64,000 nt of DNA from Nitrososphaerota archaeon (lineage in GTDB: Archaea > Thermoproteota > Nitrososphaeria_A > Caldarchaeales > Calditenuaceae). The position numbers were made by a program, and so were the translations under genes. The first letter of the stretch is position 1. Each line of letters opens with the position of its first letter. The notes under the pieces were generated by a model. That model saw nothing but the letters and a program-made list of their open reading frames with translations, was not told the origin of the DNA and did not search any database. This document shows, piece by piece, positions 1-9,240 of the stretch. The stretch is from NCBI GenBank assembly GCA_038845265.1, contig JAWBQR010000002.1, forward strand, positions 1-64,000, read 5' to 3'.

Positions 1-12
1 ATGTAAATGTTT

Positions 13-420
13 TTACGTGATTCGCGGCCTAAATTTGTATCCATAAATAATTAATCCTGACTGGCCGTCATGTGTTATTTTTCTGACCACAGCCTCAACC
101 TCCATCCCGACCATTAGTTCGTTTGGCTCACAATCCGTTAGCTGTGTTAAGAGCCGTGTGCCATCCTCAAATTCAACAACTCCCACAATATATGGGGTAA
201 ACTCCTCAAAGCCAATCGGTGCCTGCCTGACAACTGTGAAGGATAGTAACTTTCCAATGTGGGGAAGCTGAGATTGACGTAGCCTCGTTGACCTGCATTT
301 TCTACAAATAATCGCCGGCCATTGATGTATAGTTCCACAATTATCGCATCTGTAAACAATTAGTCTATACCTGAACTGTTTCGCACGCCAGTTAGGAGGA
401 ACTCTAATCCTAACCACCAT
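13..420 (-). CDS. DUF35-type Zn-ribbon/OB-fold protein (thiolase/HMG-CoA synthase scaffold)
   Basis: CDNC...CRKC Zn ribbon followed by OB fold (PYIVGVVEF, YGYKFRP); third gene of HMGS-thiolase operon. Confidence 0.9.
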   Translation of the reverse strand: MVVRIRVPPNWRAKQFRYRLIVYRCDNCGTIHQWPAIICRKCRSTRLRQSQLPHIGKLLSFTVVRQAPIGFEEFTPYIVGVVEFEDGTRLLTQLTDCEPNELMVGMEVEAVVRKITHDGQSGLIIYGYKFRPRIT

Positions 421-426
421 AATGTT

Positions 427-1581
427 TCACCTAGCCCTCATGACCGTCGATACTGCAGTAGCGGCCAGCCCGCCTAGCGATAGTGCTACACCGATTTTTG
501 CATTATCGACCTGATTCTTACCAGCCTGACCCACGAGCTGTAGGTAGAGCTCTGCGACTTGATAGACTCCTGTTGCCCCAAATGGATGGCCACGCGCCTT
601 CAAGCCTCCAAATGTGTTTATGGGGAGCTCACCACTTAAAGAGTATTTACCATTCTTCGCATCAATTCCAGCTCTACCTTCTTGGGAATATCCAGTAGAT
701 TCGAGAATTAGTGGTGCGAGTATTGAGTATGAGTCATGTAGCTCAATGATATCTACTTCTCTTCTGTCTATTTTTGCTCTTGTTAGAGAGTCATTAAATG
801 CTATCGAGACGGCGCTTAGTTTTAATGGGTCTTCCCTATCGAATGGTGATACAAAGTCTGTGGACATGGATACCGAGGCTACTTCAATGGCTTCATCTCG
901 ATTTCCCTCGAGGGCATCTTCTCCGCATAGCACTATTGCTGCCGCTCCATCCGCAATAGCGGTGCATTCAAGTCTTCTCAGGGGCTCGGAAACCACGGGC
1001 GAGTTTAAGACGCTCTCAACGGATATCTTGAATTGATACTGGGCGTGAGGGGCGGTTGATGCGTTTTCATGCATTATCACTGGAAACTGAGCGATATTTT
1101 CTTGTGAGACTTCGTATCTTTCCATGTAGTGTCTATATAGAAGGGCTGCGAGGGATGCCTGTGTAAAGCCTTGGTAGCCAGTATATTCATATTTATCAAA
1201 CATTGATGTAATGCTTACTATTTCTTCAGGAAGACCGTCTGAGAGCTTTTCAACACCTATGACGAGAGCGGTTCTTATCATTCCTGAAGAAATCGCTAGG
1301 TAGGCCTCTCTTAGTGCTGCAGCTCCAGACGCATCTGCAGCCTCTATCCTAATGCTTGGAATACCTGTTAATCCAAGATTTTCAGAGGCGAGGGCTCCGA
1401 GCTGTACCTGATGATGTAAGATTTCAGCACATACGTTTCCTATATATATTGCGTCTATTCTTTCTATTGCTGAGTTTTTGATGGCTTCCAGTGCTGCAGT
1501 AGTCATTAAATAATCGATTCCTTTTTCCCAATGTTCCTCGACTTTGACGAGGCCAACCCCTTTTGTAAATACTCGATTCAA
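427..1581 (-). CDS. Thiolase-family protein (archaeal SCP2-like type); catalytic Cys position reads Asp
   Basis: GVEKL, DGAAA, ELHDS and GHPFGATG motifs; EAADASG where EAACASG is expected. Confidence 0.85.
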   Translation of the reverse strand: MNRVFTKGVGLVKVEEHWEKGIDYLMTTAALEAIKNSAIERIDAIYIGNVCAEILHHQVQLGALASENLGLTGIPSIRIEAADASGAAALREAYLAISSGMIRTALVIGVEKLSDGLPEEIVSITSMFDKYEYTGYQGFTQASLAALLYRHYMERYEVSQENIAQFPVIMHENASTAPHAQYQFKISVESVLNSPVVSEPLRRLECTAIADGAAAIVLCGEDALEGNRDEAIEVASVSMSTDFVSPFDREDPLKLSAVSIAFNDSLTRAKIDRREVDIIELHDSYSILAPLILESTGYSQEGRAGIDAKNGKYSLSGELPINTFGGLKARGHPFGATGVYQVAELYLQLVGQAGKNQVDNAKIGVALSLGGLAATAVSTVMRAR

Positions 1582-1584
1582 GCT

Positions 1585-2640
1585 CTACACCCTGATTTTG
1601 TCGCGATGCTTAAGATACCGCGCATAATCAATGTAGGTGGCTCTCTGAATGAATTTTGTGAGTAGCGGTGCCTTGGCCCTCTTATCCTCGATGCCTTCAG
1701 ATACCTTTAGTACAAAAGAATCGCTTCCAGCGCCTGATCCATATGAAGTTATAAGTATTCTCTGTCCTGGTTTTGCCTCGTCTAGTACTTTGACTAGACC
1801 GAGTAATGAGCATGCGGAATAAGTATTACCTATAAAGTTGGATAGCATTCCTGCTTCTATCTTTTGGCTTGGGATTCCAAGCATCTTAGCAGCCACATAA
1901 GGAAACTTAGCGTTTGGTTGATGGAAGACAAAGTAATCAAAATCTGAGAGCTTATAGCCCTCCTCATCGAGTAGCATCTTTACTGCAGAAATTGTATGAT
2001 GAAAATATGCAGGTTCACCGGTAAACCTAGAGGCGTGTACAGGATATCTCTCGTAGTCTCTCCGCCAAAAGTCAGGGGTGTCTGTCACATAGCTTTTGGA
2101 TGCCTCGAACTCTGCGACTACGTTGTTGCCGGACTTCCCTATGACGAAGGCCGCTGCTCCTGCTGCTGCTGTGTATTCTAACGCATCGCCAGGTCTGCCT
2201 TGAGCTGTGTCGGAGCCTATTGCTAGACCGTACTCAATCATTCCAGAGCTTACTAGGCCTATAATCATTTGCATTGCCTCGCTTCCTGCTTTGCAGGCGA
2301 ACTCGAAGTCTGCTGAAAGTATTGAGGGTCCTATACCCAGTGCCTCTGCCACGACTGTTCCTGACGGTTTTACTGCGTAGGGATGAGATTCTGAGCCTAC
2401 GTTTACTGCGCCTATCTTCTTTGGATCTATCTCCGCCCTAGCGATGGCGTACTTAGCGGCCTCTAAAGCCATCGTTATTGTGTCTTCATCAATATTGTTT
2501 ACGGACTTTTCCTTTACGGGTAGCTCCCCCTCGCCTTTTCCCCAAATCCTAGCTATTTCTTCGGACTTTATTCTTAGTTTCGGGATATAGCCGCCATAAC
2601 CGTGAATAGCGATTCCGGAAATTTTGACCAAGGTTCTCAT
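1585..2640 (-). CDS. Hydroxymethylglutaryl-CoA synthase (archaeal)
   Basis: GSESHPYAVKP, EFACKAG (catalytic Cys), FHQPN, GNTYS, SYGSGAG. Confidence 0.95.
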   Translation of the reverse strand: MRTLVKISGIAIHGYGGYIPKLRIKSEEIARIWGKGEGELPVKEKSVNNIDEDTITMALEAAKYAIARAEIDPKKIGAVNVGSESHPYAVKPSGTVVAEALGIGPSILSADFEFACKAGSEAMQMIIGLVSSGMIEYGLAIGSDTAQGRPGDALEYTAAAGAAAFVIGKSGNNVVAEFEASKSYVTDTPDFWRRDYERYPVHASRFTGEPAYFHHTISAVKMLLDEEGYKLSDFDYFVFHQPNAKFPYVAAKMLGIPSQKIEAGMLSNFIGNTYSACSLLGLVKVLDEAKPGQRILITSYGSGAGSDSFVLKVSEGIEDKRAKAPLLTKFIQRATYIDYARYLKHRDKIRV

Positions 2641-2770
2641 CGTGCATTGTTTTTGGCACTATAAAAATTTTGGCTAATACGACATAGACATTTGTCGATG
2701 AAAAATTGGGACCAATTAAAGACAAAGCAAAGTAAATAATATTTAATGAGTTCTAATCAATGTATTCGAT

Positions 2771-3226
2771 ATGTCAATCTATCGGTTGGATAAGAGGGAC
2801 CTTGAGATTTTAAAGGCACTTATGAGGGATGCGCGTAAAAGTTATTCTGAGCTTGCTGAAGAGCTCGGATTGCCAAGGAGTACTGTTCAGGAAAAGGTAA
2901 AAAGAATGTTGGAGAAAGGATACATTAAGAGTTTTACCGCAATTCCTGATTATTCTAAACTCGGAAAACCTGCGACGGCTTTTGTACTCATATCATTCAC
3001 ACCCATGATGGATATTTCTCAGAGAGAACTTGCATCTATGATAGCTAAGATGGAGAATGTGTATGAGGTCCATTTGATAAGTGGTCAATGGGACATGATT
3101 CTAAAGGTACGGGCCGGCTCAACAGAGGAGGTCGGCCGGCTCGTTGTCGATAATCTTAGAGGCATAAAGAACATAAGCAAGACCGAGACCTGTTTTGTGT
3201 TCCATACTGCTAAAGAGATACCATAA
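2771..3226 (+). CDS. Lrp/AsnC family transcriptional regulator
   Basis: LDKRDLEILKAL..DARKSYSELA HTH plus RAM domain (ISGQWD); divergent from HMGS operon. Confidence 0.95.
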   Translation: MSIYRLDKRDLEILKALMRDARKSYSELAEELGLPRSTVQEKVKRMLEKGYIKSFTAIPDYSKLGKPATAFVLISFTPMMDISQRELASMIAKMENVYEVHLISGQWDMILKVRAGSTEEVGRLVVDNLRGIKNISKTETCFVFHTAKEIP

Positions 3227-3248
3227 AGCATCCAGACAATCATCAGGT

Positions 3249-3274
3249 CATCTCTACGTATTGACGTAGATATG
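3249..3274. promoter_or_regulatory. Inverted repeat between lrp and cdvC (operator or terminator candidate)
   Basis: catctctacgt-attg-acgtagatatg, 11-bp arms with one mismatch, ~27 nt upstream of TATA-like gttataaa (3301-3308). Confidence 0.35.
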
Positions 3275-3344
3275 GCTCATGGATTTCCCACCCGATAGGC
3301 GTTATAAACCGCTATTGGATAGCAAGGAATTGGTGGCCGCCTAG

Positions 3345-4454
3345 ATGAGTGAACTCGAAAAGATAGCAATAGCCAAAGCAAGGGAGGCCGTCATGCTGGA
3401 TCAAAGAGGTTCTAAGGCTGAAGCGGTTGCTAAGTATCGCGAAGCTGTACAGATACTTTCACGTTTAATATCCCTTACTGATAGTCCCATTATTAAAGCT
3501 GTTTACAAAGAAAAACTGAGTAAGTACTTAGATAGATTAGCCGAATTAGGCGAGGAAAATTATTCTAAAGAAGGAATGAGTAGGGAAACAAGTTCGAAAT
3601 ATGAGAAGGAAACCCTCACGGTTGAGAGACCTCAAATCACTTGGTCAGACGTGATAGGACTCGATGACGCTAAGCAGGCAATTAGGGAGAGTATTGTGTA
3701 TCCTAGGTTAAGGCCTGACCTATTTCCGCTTGGATGGCCTAACGGGATTCTTCTCTTCGGACCACCAGGCTGCGGTAAGACATTACTTGTAGGTGCTACC
3801 GCAAATGAAATTGATGCGACTCTATATACGCTTGACGCAGCTCAAGTCATGTCAAAATGGCTTGGGGAAAGTGAGAAGAATATTGCAGATCTATTCAATA
3901 AGGCTAGACGTGATGCTTCCACGGGAAAGCCCGTAATAATTTTTATAGACGAAGTTGACTCGCTTGCTACTATGTATCAAGTTGAGGTTGGAGGCGAGGC
4001 TAGGGCTAGGAATCAGCTGCTAAAGGAGATGGACGGTATAGCGTCAAAGAACAGACGGGACTATCTATACGTTATAGCTGCCACAAATAAGCCATGGCTT
4101 CTTGATGAGCCATTTATAAGGCGATTCCAGAAACGTATATACGTCCGTCACCCAGACACCAACACAAGACGACTGATTCTAGAACATTATACAAAGAATC
4201 TTAAGCTTGATAGGGATGTAGACTTGTCTCTCCTCGCAAGCGAGACTGAGGGCTACTCGGCATCCGATCTATATGCCATATGCCTGGATGCCCACATGGC
4301 CACAGTGAGAGAGATGTTTGAGAATGAGTTGAATGAGCCTCGTCCTATAAACTTAGCTGACTTCCGCGCGTCATTAATAAAAAGGAAACCCTCTATAATT
4401 AAGGAGAACCTCAGGAAATACGAAGAATGGTATCAAAGATACGGTGCGGTTTGA
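3345..4454 (+). CDS. cdvC: Vps4/CdvC AAA+ ATPase with N-terminal MIT domain
   Basis: MIT helices, Walker A GPPGCGKT, SKWLGESEK pore loop, Walker B IFIDE, ATNKPW..D...RRF. Confidence 0.92.
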   Translation: MSELEKIAIAKAREAVMLDQRGSKAEAVAKYREAVQILSRLISLTDSPIIKAVYKEKLSKYLDRLAELGEENYSKEGMSRETSSKYEKETLTVERPQITWSDVIGLDDAKQAIRESIVYPRLRPDLFPLGWPNGILLFGPPGCGKTLLVGATANEIDATLYTLDAAQVMSKWLGESEKNIADLFNKARRDASTGKPVIIFIDEVDSLATMYQVEVGGEARARNQLLKEMDGIASKNRRDYLYVIAATNKPWLLDEPFIRRFQKRIYVRHPDTNTRRLILEHYTKNLKLDRDVDLSLLASETEGYSASDLYAICLDAHMATVREMFENELNEPRPINLADFRASLIKRKPSIIKENLRKYEEWYQRYGAV

Positions 4455-4461
4455 TTTCTAT

Positions 4462-5253
4462 TTAGCTGGCTTCCGCCTGGGCCACCTCAATCATCCCTTT
4501 TTCCTGGAGTCCCTGTATCGCTTCTTCTACCTGGTCTTCAGTAAGCCCGAGCGCTAATGAGCATTCCTTGATATCGAATTCTTTATCTGGACTCATTGCA
4601 CTTATGTAAGTGTATACCCTCCTCTCCGCCTCTGTGAGTATCGGCACATCTGGAAAGCTCTCCCTAAGCTTCATCGCAACTATTCTTTTAGCATCCTCGA
4701 AAATCTTTGAGGCTTCATCAGATAATTCAGGAACGGCAATAGGCGACTCCGTTATTTCCGAGCTAGAAGTAGCCATAAAGTTGTCTATTTGTTTAGAGAG
4801 GTCTTCTAGGCTTGAAGCCGCCTCGGGGGCTATCTTTCCCACCTCGCCGACTACTCTTCCTATTATCCCTTTAAGAGATGAGGCTAGTCCTATCACTTCT
4901 GAAAGCTCAGTAAGACTCTCAAGCCTAATCTTAACCTGCTCAAGTATTAGTTTACTGTTCAGTATAATTTTTGCGAGTCTACGCAGCTCGGCTATCTCGT
5001 CTGCGTATAGCTTAGCGTGTGCCTCATCACCTATTACAAGGGCGTCTACACATCTCTCAAAATACTCCTTCCCCCTAGCTTCAAGCTCTCTATATTTATT
5101 CTCCAATCTATGAACATGTGTCGATAAGGCAGTAAGCGACGTGCTCAGTTTTTCTTTAAATTCCTCCGGCTCCATGCCTGTTTTTAGGTTTTTCAATTTA
5201 GCGCCTCCGTTACCCCTTATAATTTTAAAGGGATTAATACGCATGGTTACCAA
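4462..5253 (-). CDS. cdvB: ESCRT-III/CdvB (Snf7) protein with C-terminal winged helix
   Basis: Snf7 core (AKLYADEIAELRR..LEQVKIRLE), MIM2-like RESFPDVP, C-terminal wHTH (LTEAERRVY..LQEKGMIE); convergent with cdvC. Confidence 0.85.
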   Translation of the reverse strand: MVTMRINPFKIIRGNGGAKLKNLKTGMEPEEFKEKLSTSLTALSTHVHRLENKYRELEARGKEYFERCVDALVIGDEAHAKLYADEIAELRRLAKIILNSKLILEQVKIRLESLTELSEVIGLASSLKGIIGRVVGEVGKIAPEAASSLEDLSKQIDNFMATSSSEITESPIAVPELSDEASKIFEDAKRIVAMKLRESFPDVPILTEAERRVYTYISAMSPDKEFDIKECSLALGLTEDQVEEAIQGLQEKGMIEVAQAEAS

Positions 5254-5394
5254 TTAGAATCGCAGGCACTCCTTAATATTGCTCTATCTATGCCTAATTA
5301 TCTAAAGAGTATCACAGTATTTCTGAGCAAATATATTCATCCTTATTGCCATCAGAAAAGGTTTATCCACAGGCTTATAGCTAGATTCTACGGA

Positions 5395-5568
5395 ATGTCA
5401 AGCCGTAAACGCAGAGAAGCACCAATGCCAGCAACCGCAGCCGGATTGCTACGATTCTTCGAGGATGAGAGCAAAGGGATCAAGATACGCCCAGAACTAG
5501 CATTAGGATTAGGACTAGCACTAATGATATTCGTACTAGTCGCGAGATTCCTATTCCCGTTAAGCTAA
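5395..5568 (+). CDS. secG: Protein translocase subunit Sec61beta/SecG
   Basis: MSSRKRREAPMPATAAGLLRFFEDE..IKIRPE + single C-terminal TM; start moved from 5290 to ATG 5395. Confidence 0.93.
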   Translation: MSSRKRREAPMPATAAGLLRFFEDESKGIKIRPELALGLGLALMIFVLVARFLFPLS

Positions 5569-5673
5569 CCGTAGATCCAAGAGACGTAATCCCATAACCA
5601 TAAATTGTTTTGAATTAGAAAAATACCAATATTGAATTTGGGTGACGATTAGTCATTCTAAACTGTTACTGTT

Positions 5674-5814
5674 CTATGCCGTTGGGGTTTCTGCACCAGC
5701 ACCCTCGGCTGGCTTTTCCTCAGGTGCAGGTGCGGGCTTAGCGGCTTTCTTTGCAACCCTGCGTTTCTTTGTTGCTTTCTTCTTTTTCTTTGTTGCTTTC
5801 TTCTTTGCAGGCAT
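5674..5814 (-). CDS. 46-aa Lys/Ala-rich histone H1-tail-like small basic protein (not in ORF track)
   Basis: Hand translation MPAKKKATKKKKKATKKRRVAKKAAKPAPAPEEKPAEGAGAETPTA*; GAGG upstream of ATG; AT-rich promoter-like region. Confidence 0.75.
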   Translation of the reverse strand: MPAKKKATKKKKKATKKRRVAKKAAKPAPAPEEKPAEGAGAETPTA

Positions 5815-6261
5815 GATTCTCTTCCTCACTTATTTATTATGAAAAAGTAAGTATAAGAACATTACGCTCAAAAATGATTGTTATAAGGAAAAAACTAATG
5901 TAGAATTAAAGATGCACTCTATTCTCATACAGAACGAACTAATTGATTAGCTTTGGAGCTGGCATGTTTGCGGCTTAATAGATGTGGTGTGTCCCCGATA
6001 TAAGTGGGTTATAGCCAAGGAAGTTGGAAAGGTACTATAAGCATTATAATGCAGGACGGATTATCGTAAAGTGCGGGCCCCTCAGTTAAGTATCCACGGA
6101 GGCCCTTTACATACGTCTCTTCAACCTAAGACATGAATTCTGATAGGCAATAAATGCGAAGAACCAAGCCGTAATGCTTAAGAATTCATATTTTTCGAAC
6201 AATTATTCTACTTAGATTCTAATTTCAAGAATTTATTGATCCTTACTCATTATTTTACAGC

Positions 6262-8082
6262 ATGTGTGGCATTGTTGGATGTATAGTAGCAAAGGGCGAT
6301 GTGGCGCCAATAATATTTGAAAGTCTAAAAAGACTGGAGTATAGGGGATATGACTCAGCAGGCATAGCCACAATTAGCGACGGAAAGATACTGATAAGAA
6401 AGGATGCTGGGAAGCTCTCAGAGATCGACGCAAGGCTAGACCTAAAGGGATTGCCAGGAAACATTGGCATAGGGCATACTAGATGGGCAACTCACGGCGC
6501 CCCCAGCCAAGTTAATGCTCATCCTCATACAGATGGAAGCGGCACCATAGCGGTTGTCCATAACGGAATAATCGAAAACTTCATGGAGCTTAAACGTGAA
6601 TTGATGGAGCTAAGACATACATTTAAATCCAAGACCGATACCGAGGTCGTTGCACACCTAATTCAGGAAATGATGAGTAAAGGTCTAGACATTCTTCATG
6701 CGACGGCTGAAGCTCTCAAAAAGATTAAGGGCTCATACTCCCTAGCAATTATCCATTCTGGAACACCCGATAGAATAATCCTTGCGAGAAACGAATCACC
6801 ACTAATAATTGGGGTTGGTGAAGGTTTCATGTTCGCTGCTTCTGATGCTGCAGCCTTCTTGCCATACACAAATAAGGCCGTATACCTAGAAAATGGCGAG
6901 ATAGCGGTCCTTAAGCTGGACGGCTATAAGATATACAAGATAGAGGATTTAAGAGCGATAAATAGGGCGGACGTAATTCTCGAATGGACTGTCGAGGAGG
7001 CGCAGAAAGCCGGCTTTCCGCATTATACATTAAAGGAGATACATGAGCAGGGACAGGCCGTCAGAGAGGCTCTTAGAGTGCAGCTTACCTACGCCGACCT
7101 TCTCGTAGAACTTCTTGACAGGGGAAGAGAAATATTCCTGCTGGGTGCTGGAACCTCTTACCATGCCTGCCTTGCTGGGTCATACATATTTTCAAAGCTT
7201 GCCCGGCTATCAGCGTATCCAGTTATCGCTTCAGAATTTGTAGAGAACTATGGCTCATCAATAGGTGTGGATACAGTCATACTTGCGGTTAGCCAATCAG
7301 GTGAGACAATAGATGTGTTAAACGCCTTGGAATACGCTAGGCTCAGGGCGGCGACAATACTGGGGTTAACGAACGTGGTTGGAAGCACCTTGACGAGAAT
7401 TTCTAGAGCATATGTACTTCAGAATAGTGGTCCTGAAATAGGAGTTGCAGCGACAAAAACATTCACGTCTCAGTTAACTGTCCTTACATTACTTGCCCTG
7501 AGGCTCGCCCGTAAGCGGGGGAAAGTCTCCCAAGCAGATATGGATAGCCTTCAAGAAGACCTTTCAGGCCTTCCCCACATTGTCAACCAGGTAATAAAGG
7601 AGTCCGAACCAATCGTAAAGGAAATCGCCAAGCAATTAGTAAGTGCCAAATTGCTCCTATTCCTGGGCCGGGGGATAAGCTACGCTACCGCACTTGAGGG
7701 GAGACTAAAAGTAATGGAGCTTAGTTATATCCCCTGCATAGCTTATCCGGCCGGGGAGAGTAAGCACGGCCCAATCAGCATCGTTGAAGAGGGACTACCT
7801 GTATTCTTCGTAGCACCTAGGGATGAAACACGAAGATACATAATTGGTAATATAATGGAGATGAAGGCCAGAGGTGCGAGAACAATAATTACCGGAGAAA
7901 AAGAGGATCAGGAGCTTCAGGGACTTGCAGATATATATATACCAATGCCGCCGATAAATCCGTTATTATCACCAATACTTTATGCGATTCCTTATCAGTT
8001 ATTGGCTTATTACCTAGCATTAGAGAGAGGGAACGATCCAGACAAGCCGAGAAACCTCGCTAAGAGTGTGACGGTGCTGTAG
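6262..8082 (+). CDS. glmS: Glutamine--fructose-6-phosphate aminotransferase (isomerizing)
   Basis: MCGI start, RLEYRGYDSAG, GHTRWATHG, SQSGET, PRNLAKSVTV. Confidence 0.98.
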   Translation: MCGIVGCIVAKGDVAPIIFESLKRLEYRGYDSAGIATISDGKILIRKDAGKLSEIDARLDLKGLPGNIGIGHTRWATHGAPSQVNAHPHTDGSGTIAVVHNGIIENFMELKRELMELRHTFKSKTDTEVVAHLIQEMMSKGLDILHATAEALKKIKGSYSLAIIHSGTPDRIILARNESPLIIGVGEGFMFAASDAAAFLPYTNKAVYLENGEIAVLKLDGYKIYKIEDLRAINRADVILEWTVEEAQKAGFPHYTLKEIHEQGQAVREALRVQLTYADLLVELLDRGREIFLLGAGTSYHACLAGSYIFSKLARLSAYPVIASEFVENYGSSIGVDTVILAVSQSGETIDVLNALEYARLRAATILGLTNVVGSTLTRISRAYVLQNSGPEIGVAATKTFTSQLTVLTLLALRLARKRGKVSQADMDSLQEDLSGLPHIVNQVIKESEPIVKEIAKQLVSAKLLLFLGRGISYATALEGRLKVMELSYIPCIAYPAGESKHGPISIVEEGLPVFFVAPRDETRRYIIGNIMEMKARGARTIITGEKEDQELQGLADIYIPMPPINPLLSPILYAIPYQLLAYYLALERGNDPDKPRNLAKSVTVL

Positions 8083-8214
8083 CAATACCCGGTATATTAA
8101 GATAAAACCAAGATGAGACTTAGAGATGATATAGATATTCTTAATAGCTCTTGGATGGAATAACTTAAGAAGGAAGAGTTTATTGGTGGCTAGCACAGAG
8201 TAGCGTCGATTAAG

Positions 8215-8865
8215 ATGGCGGTCCTAGATGCCATGCAGACCATACAGATAATCGCAATCTTCGCATCAACAGTGACTGTCATTCTCGCGATATACGCAAT
8301 AATTTTAACAAGCCGCCTGATCAAGGAGGCAAGAACATACATTCTGGCTTCTCAGATAACGCCGATTAAACTAGGGACTAAGAGGGAACCACCATCTATC
8401 CCAGAGACGGAACGCAGCGAGCAGCAGAAAGTTATTGAGGCTCCTGTGAAGCCTATCCAACCAGAGCAGCAAGTGGCAACGCCACCACCCCCTACAGGGG
8501 AGGCCCAACCAGTGTTAGAAGCTCCAAGGCTTGATAAAATAGAAGACATACTCATCGTCTTTGGACTCGAAGGTATAGTGATCTTCGATTCATTAGGGCA
8601 GGTAATCGAGTATGCTGGCAGGGTAGAGCCGGGCAAGGTTGCCGCCATCATGACTGAACTATATAACGTAGTATTAATGAGCGGTGAATCTGCTTCTGGA
8701 ATAACAATATGGGACGGCTCTCAGATAATAATCACTAGCATTGGTAAAATTGACACTAAGACGATTTACCTTTATGCTAAAGCTCCGCTGGAGACTACTA
8801 AAGAAGACATCAATAGACTGACTGAAACTTGTAAGTATCTTTTAGAATCGATGACTAGGAAGTGA
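8215..8865 (+). CDS. Membrane-anchored protein with Pro-rich linker and C-terminal roadblock/LC7-like domain
   Basis: N-terminal TM (IIAIFASTVTVILAIYAIIL), PPPP linker, GLEGIVIFDSLGQVI..KVAAIM roadblock pattern; first gene of 3-gene operon. Confidence 0.6.
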   Translation: MAVLDAMQTIQIIAIFASTVTVILAIYAIILTSRLIKEARTYILASQITPIKLGTKREPPSIPETERSEQQKVIEAPVKPIQPEQQVATPPPPTGEAQPVLEAPRLDKIEDILIVFGLEGIVIFDSLGQVIEYAGRVEPGKVAAIMTELYNVVLMSGESASGITIWDGSQIIITSIGKIDTKTIYLYAKAPLETTKEDINRLTETCKYLLESMTRK

Positions 8866-8874
8866 TGAGCTGTA

Positions 8875-9237
8875 ATGATGGATTATAAGTCACCAGAACT
8901 TCAAGCCCATATTGAAGAAGTAGTTAAGGTTAGTCGAGGATTAATAGACGCTATAATTATTACAAAGCCTGATGGGACACCAGTAGCAAATGTTAACTCG
9001 ATTGATATAAATCCAGACTATCTAGCAGCGGCAATATCTGCTGTATCGGGTGTAATATCCTCAGTGCTTGAGGTCATGGAGATGGGTGACTTTAGAAGAG
9101 CACATGTCGAATTGAAGGATAAACGCTACTTATACGTCGTACCATACAAAGGTGACTATGTTGCACTGATTACTAAGCCAAATCCTAATCTTGGTTTTAT
9201 CGATCTACTGCTCGATATCTATTTTAAGGAGGTATAA
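8875..9237 (+). CDS. Roadblock/LC7 (MglB-like) protein
   Basis: IDAIIITKPDGTPVA..DYLAAAISA..PNLGFI. Confidence 0.9.
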   Translation: MMDYKSPELQAHIEEVVKVSRGLIDAIIITKPDGTPVANVNSIDINPDYLAAAISAVSGVISSVLEVMEMGDFRRAHVELKDKRYLYVVPYKGDYVALITKPNPNLGFIDLLLDIYFKEV

Positions 9238-9240
9238 GAT

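Noticed and set aside
2680-2697. cgaca-N8-tgtcg inverted repeat as Lrp operator
   Set aside because: Arms of only 5 bp could arise by chance
5290-5394. N-terminal extension of Sec61beta in the ORF track
   Set aside because: Overlaps the promoter region; family similarity starts at ATG 5395
5642-5842. + strand 66-aa Phe/Ala-rich ORF
   Set aside because: Antisense shadow of the Lys-rich minus-strand ORF, which has an ATG and SD-like site
5980-6185. RNase P RNA or glmS ribozyme
   Set aside because: No matching P4 pairing or ribozyme core; too AT-rich for a structured RNA of a thermophile
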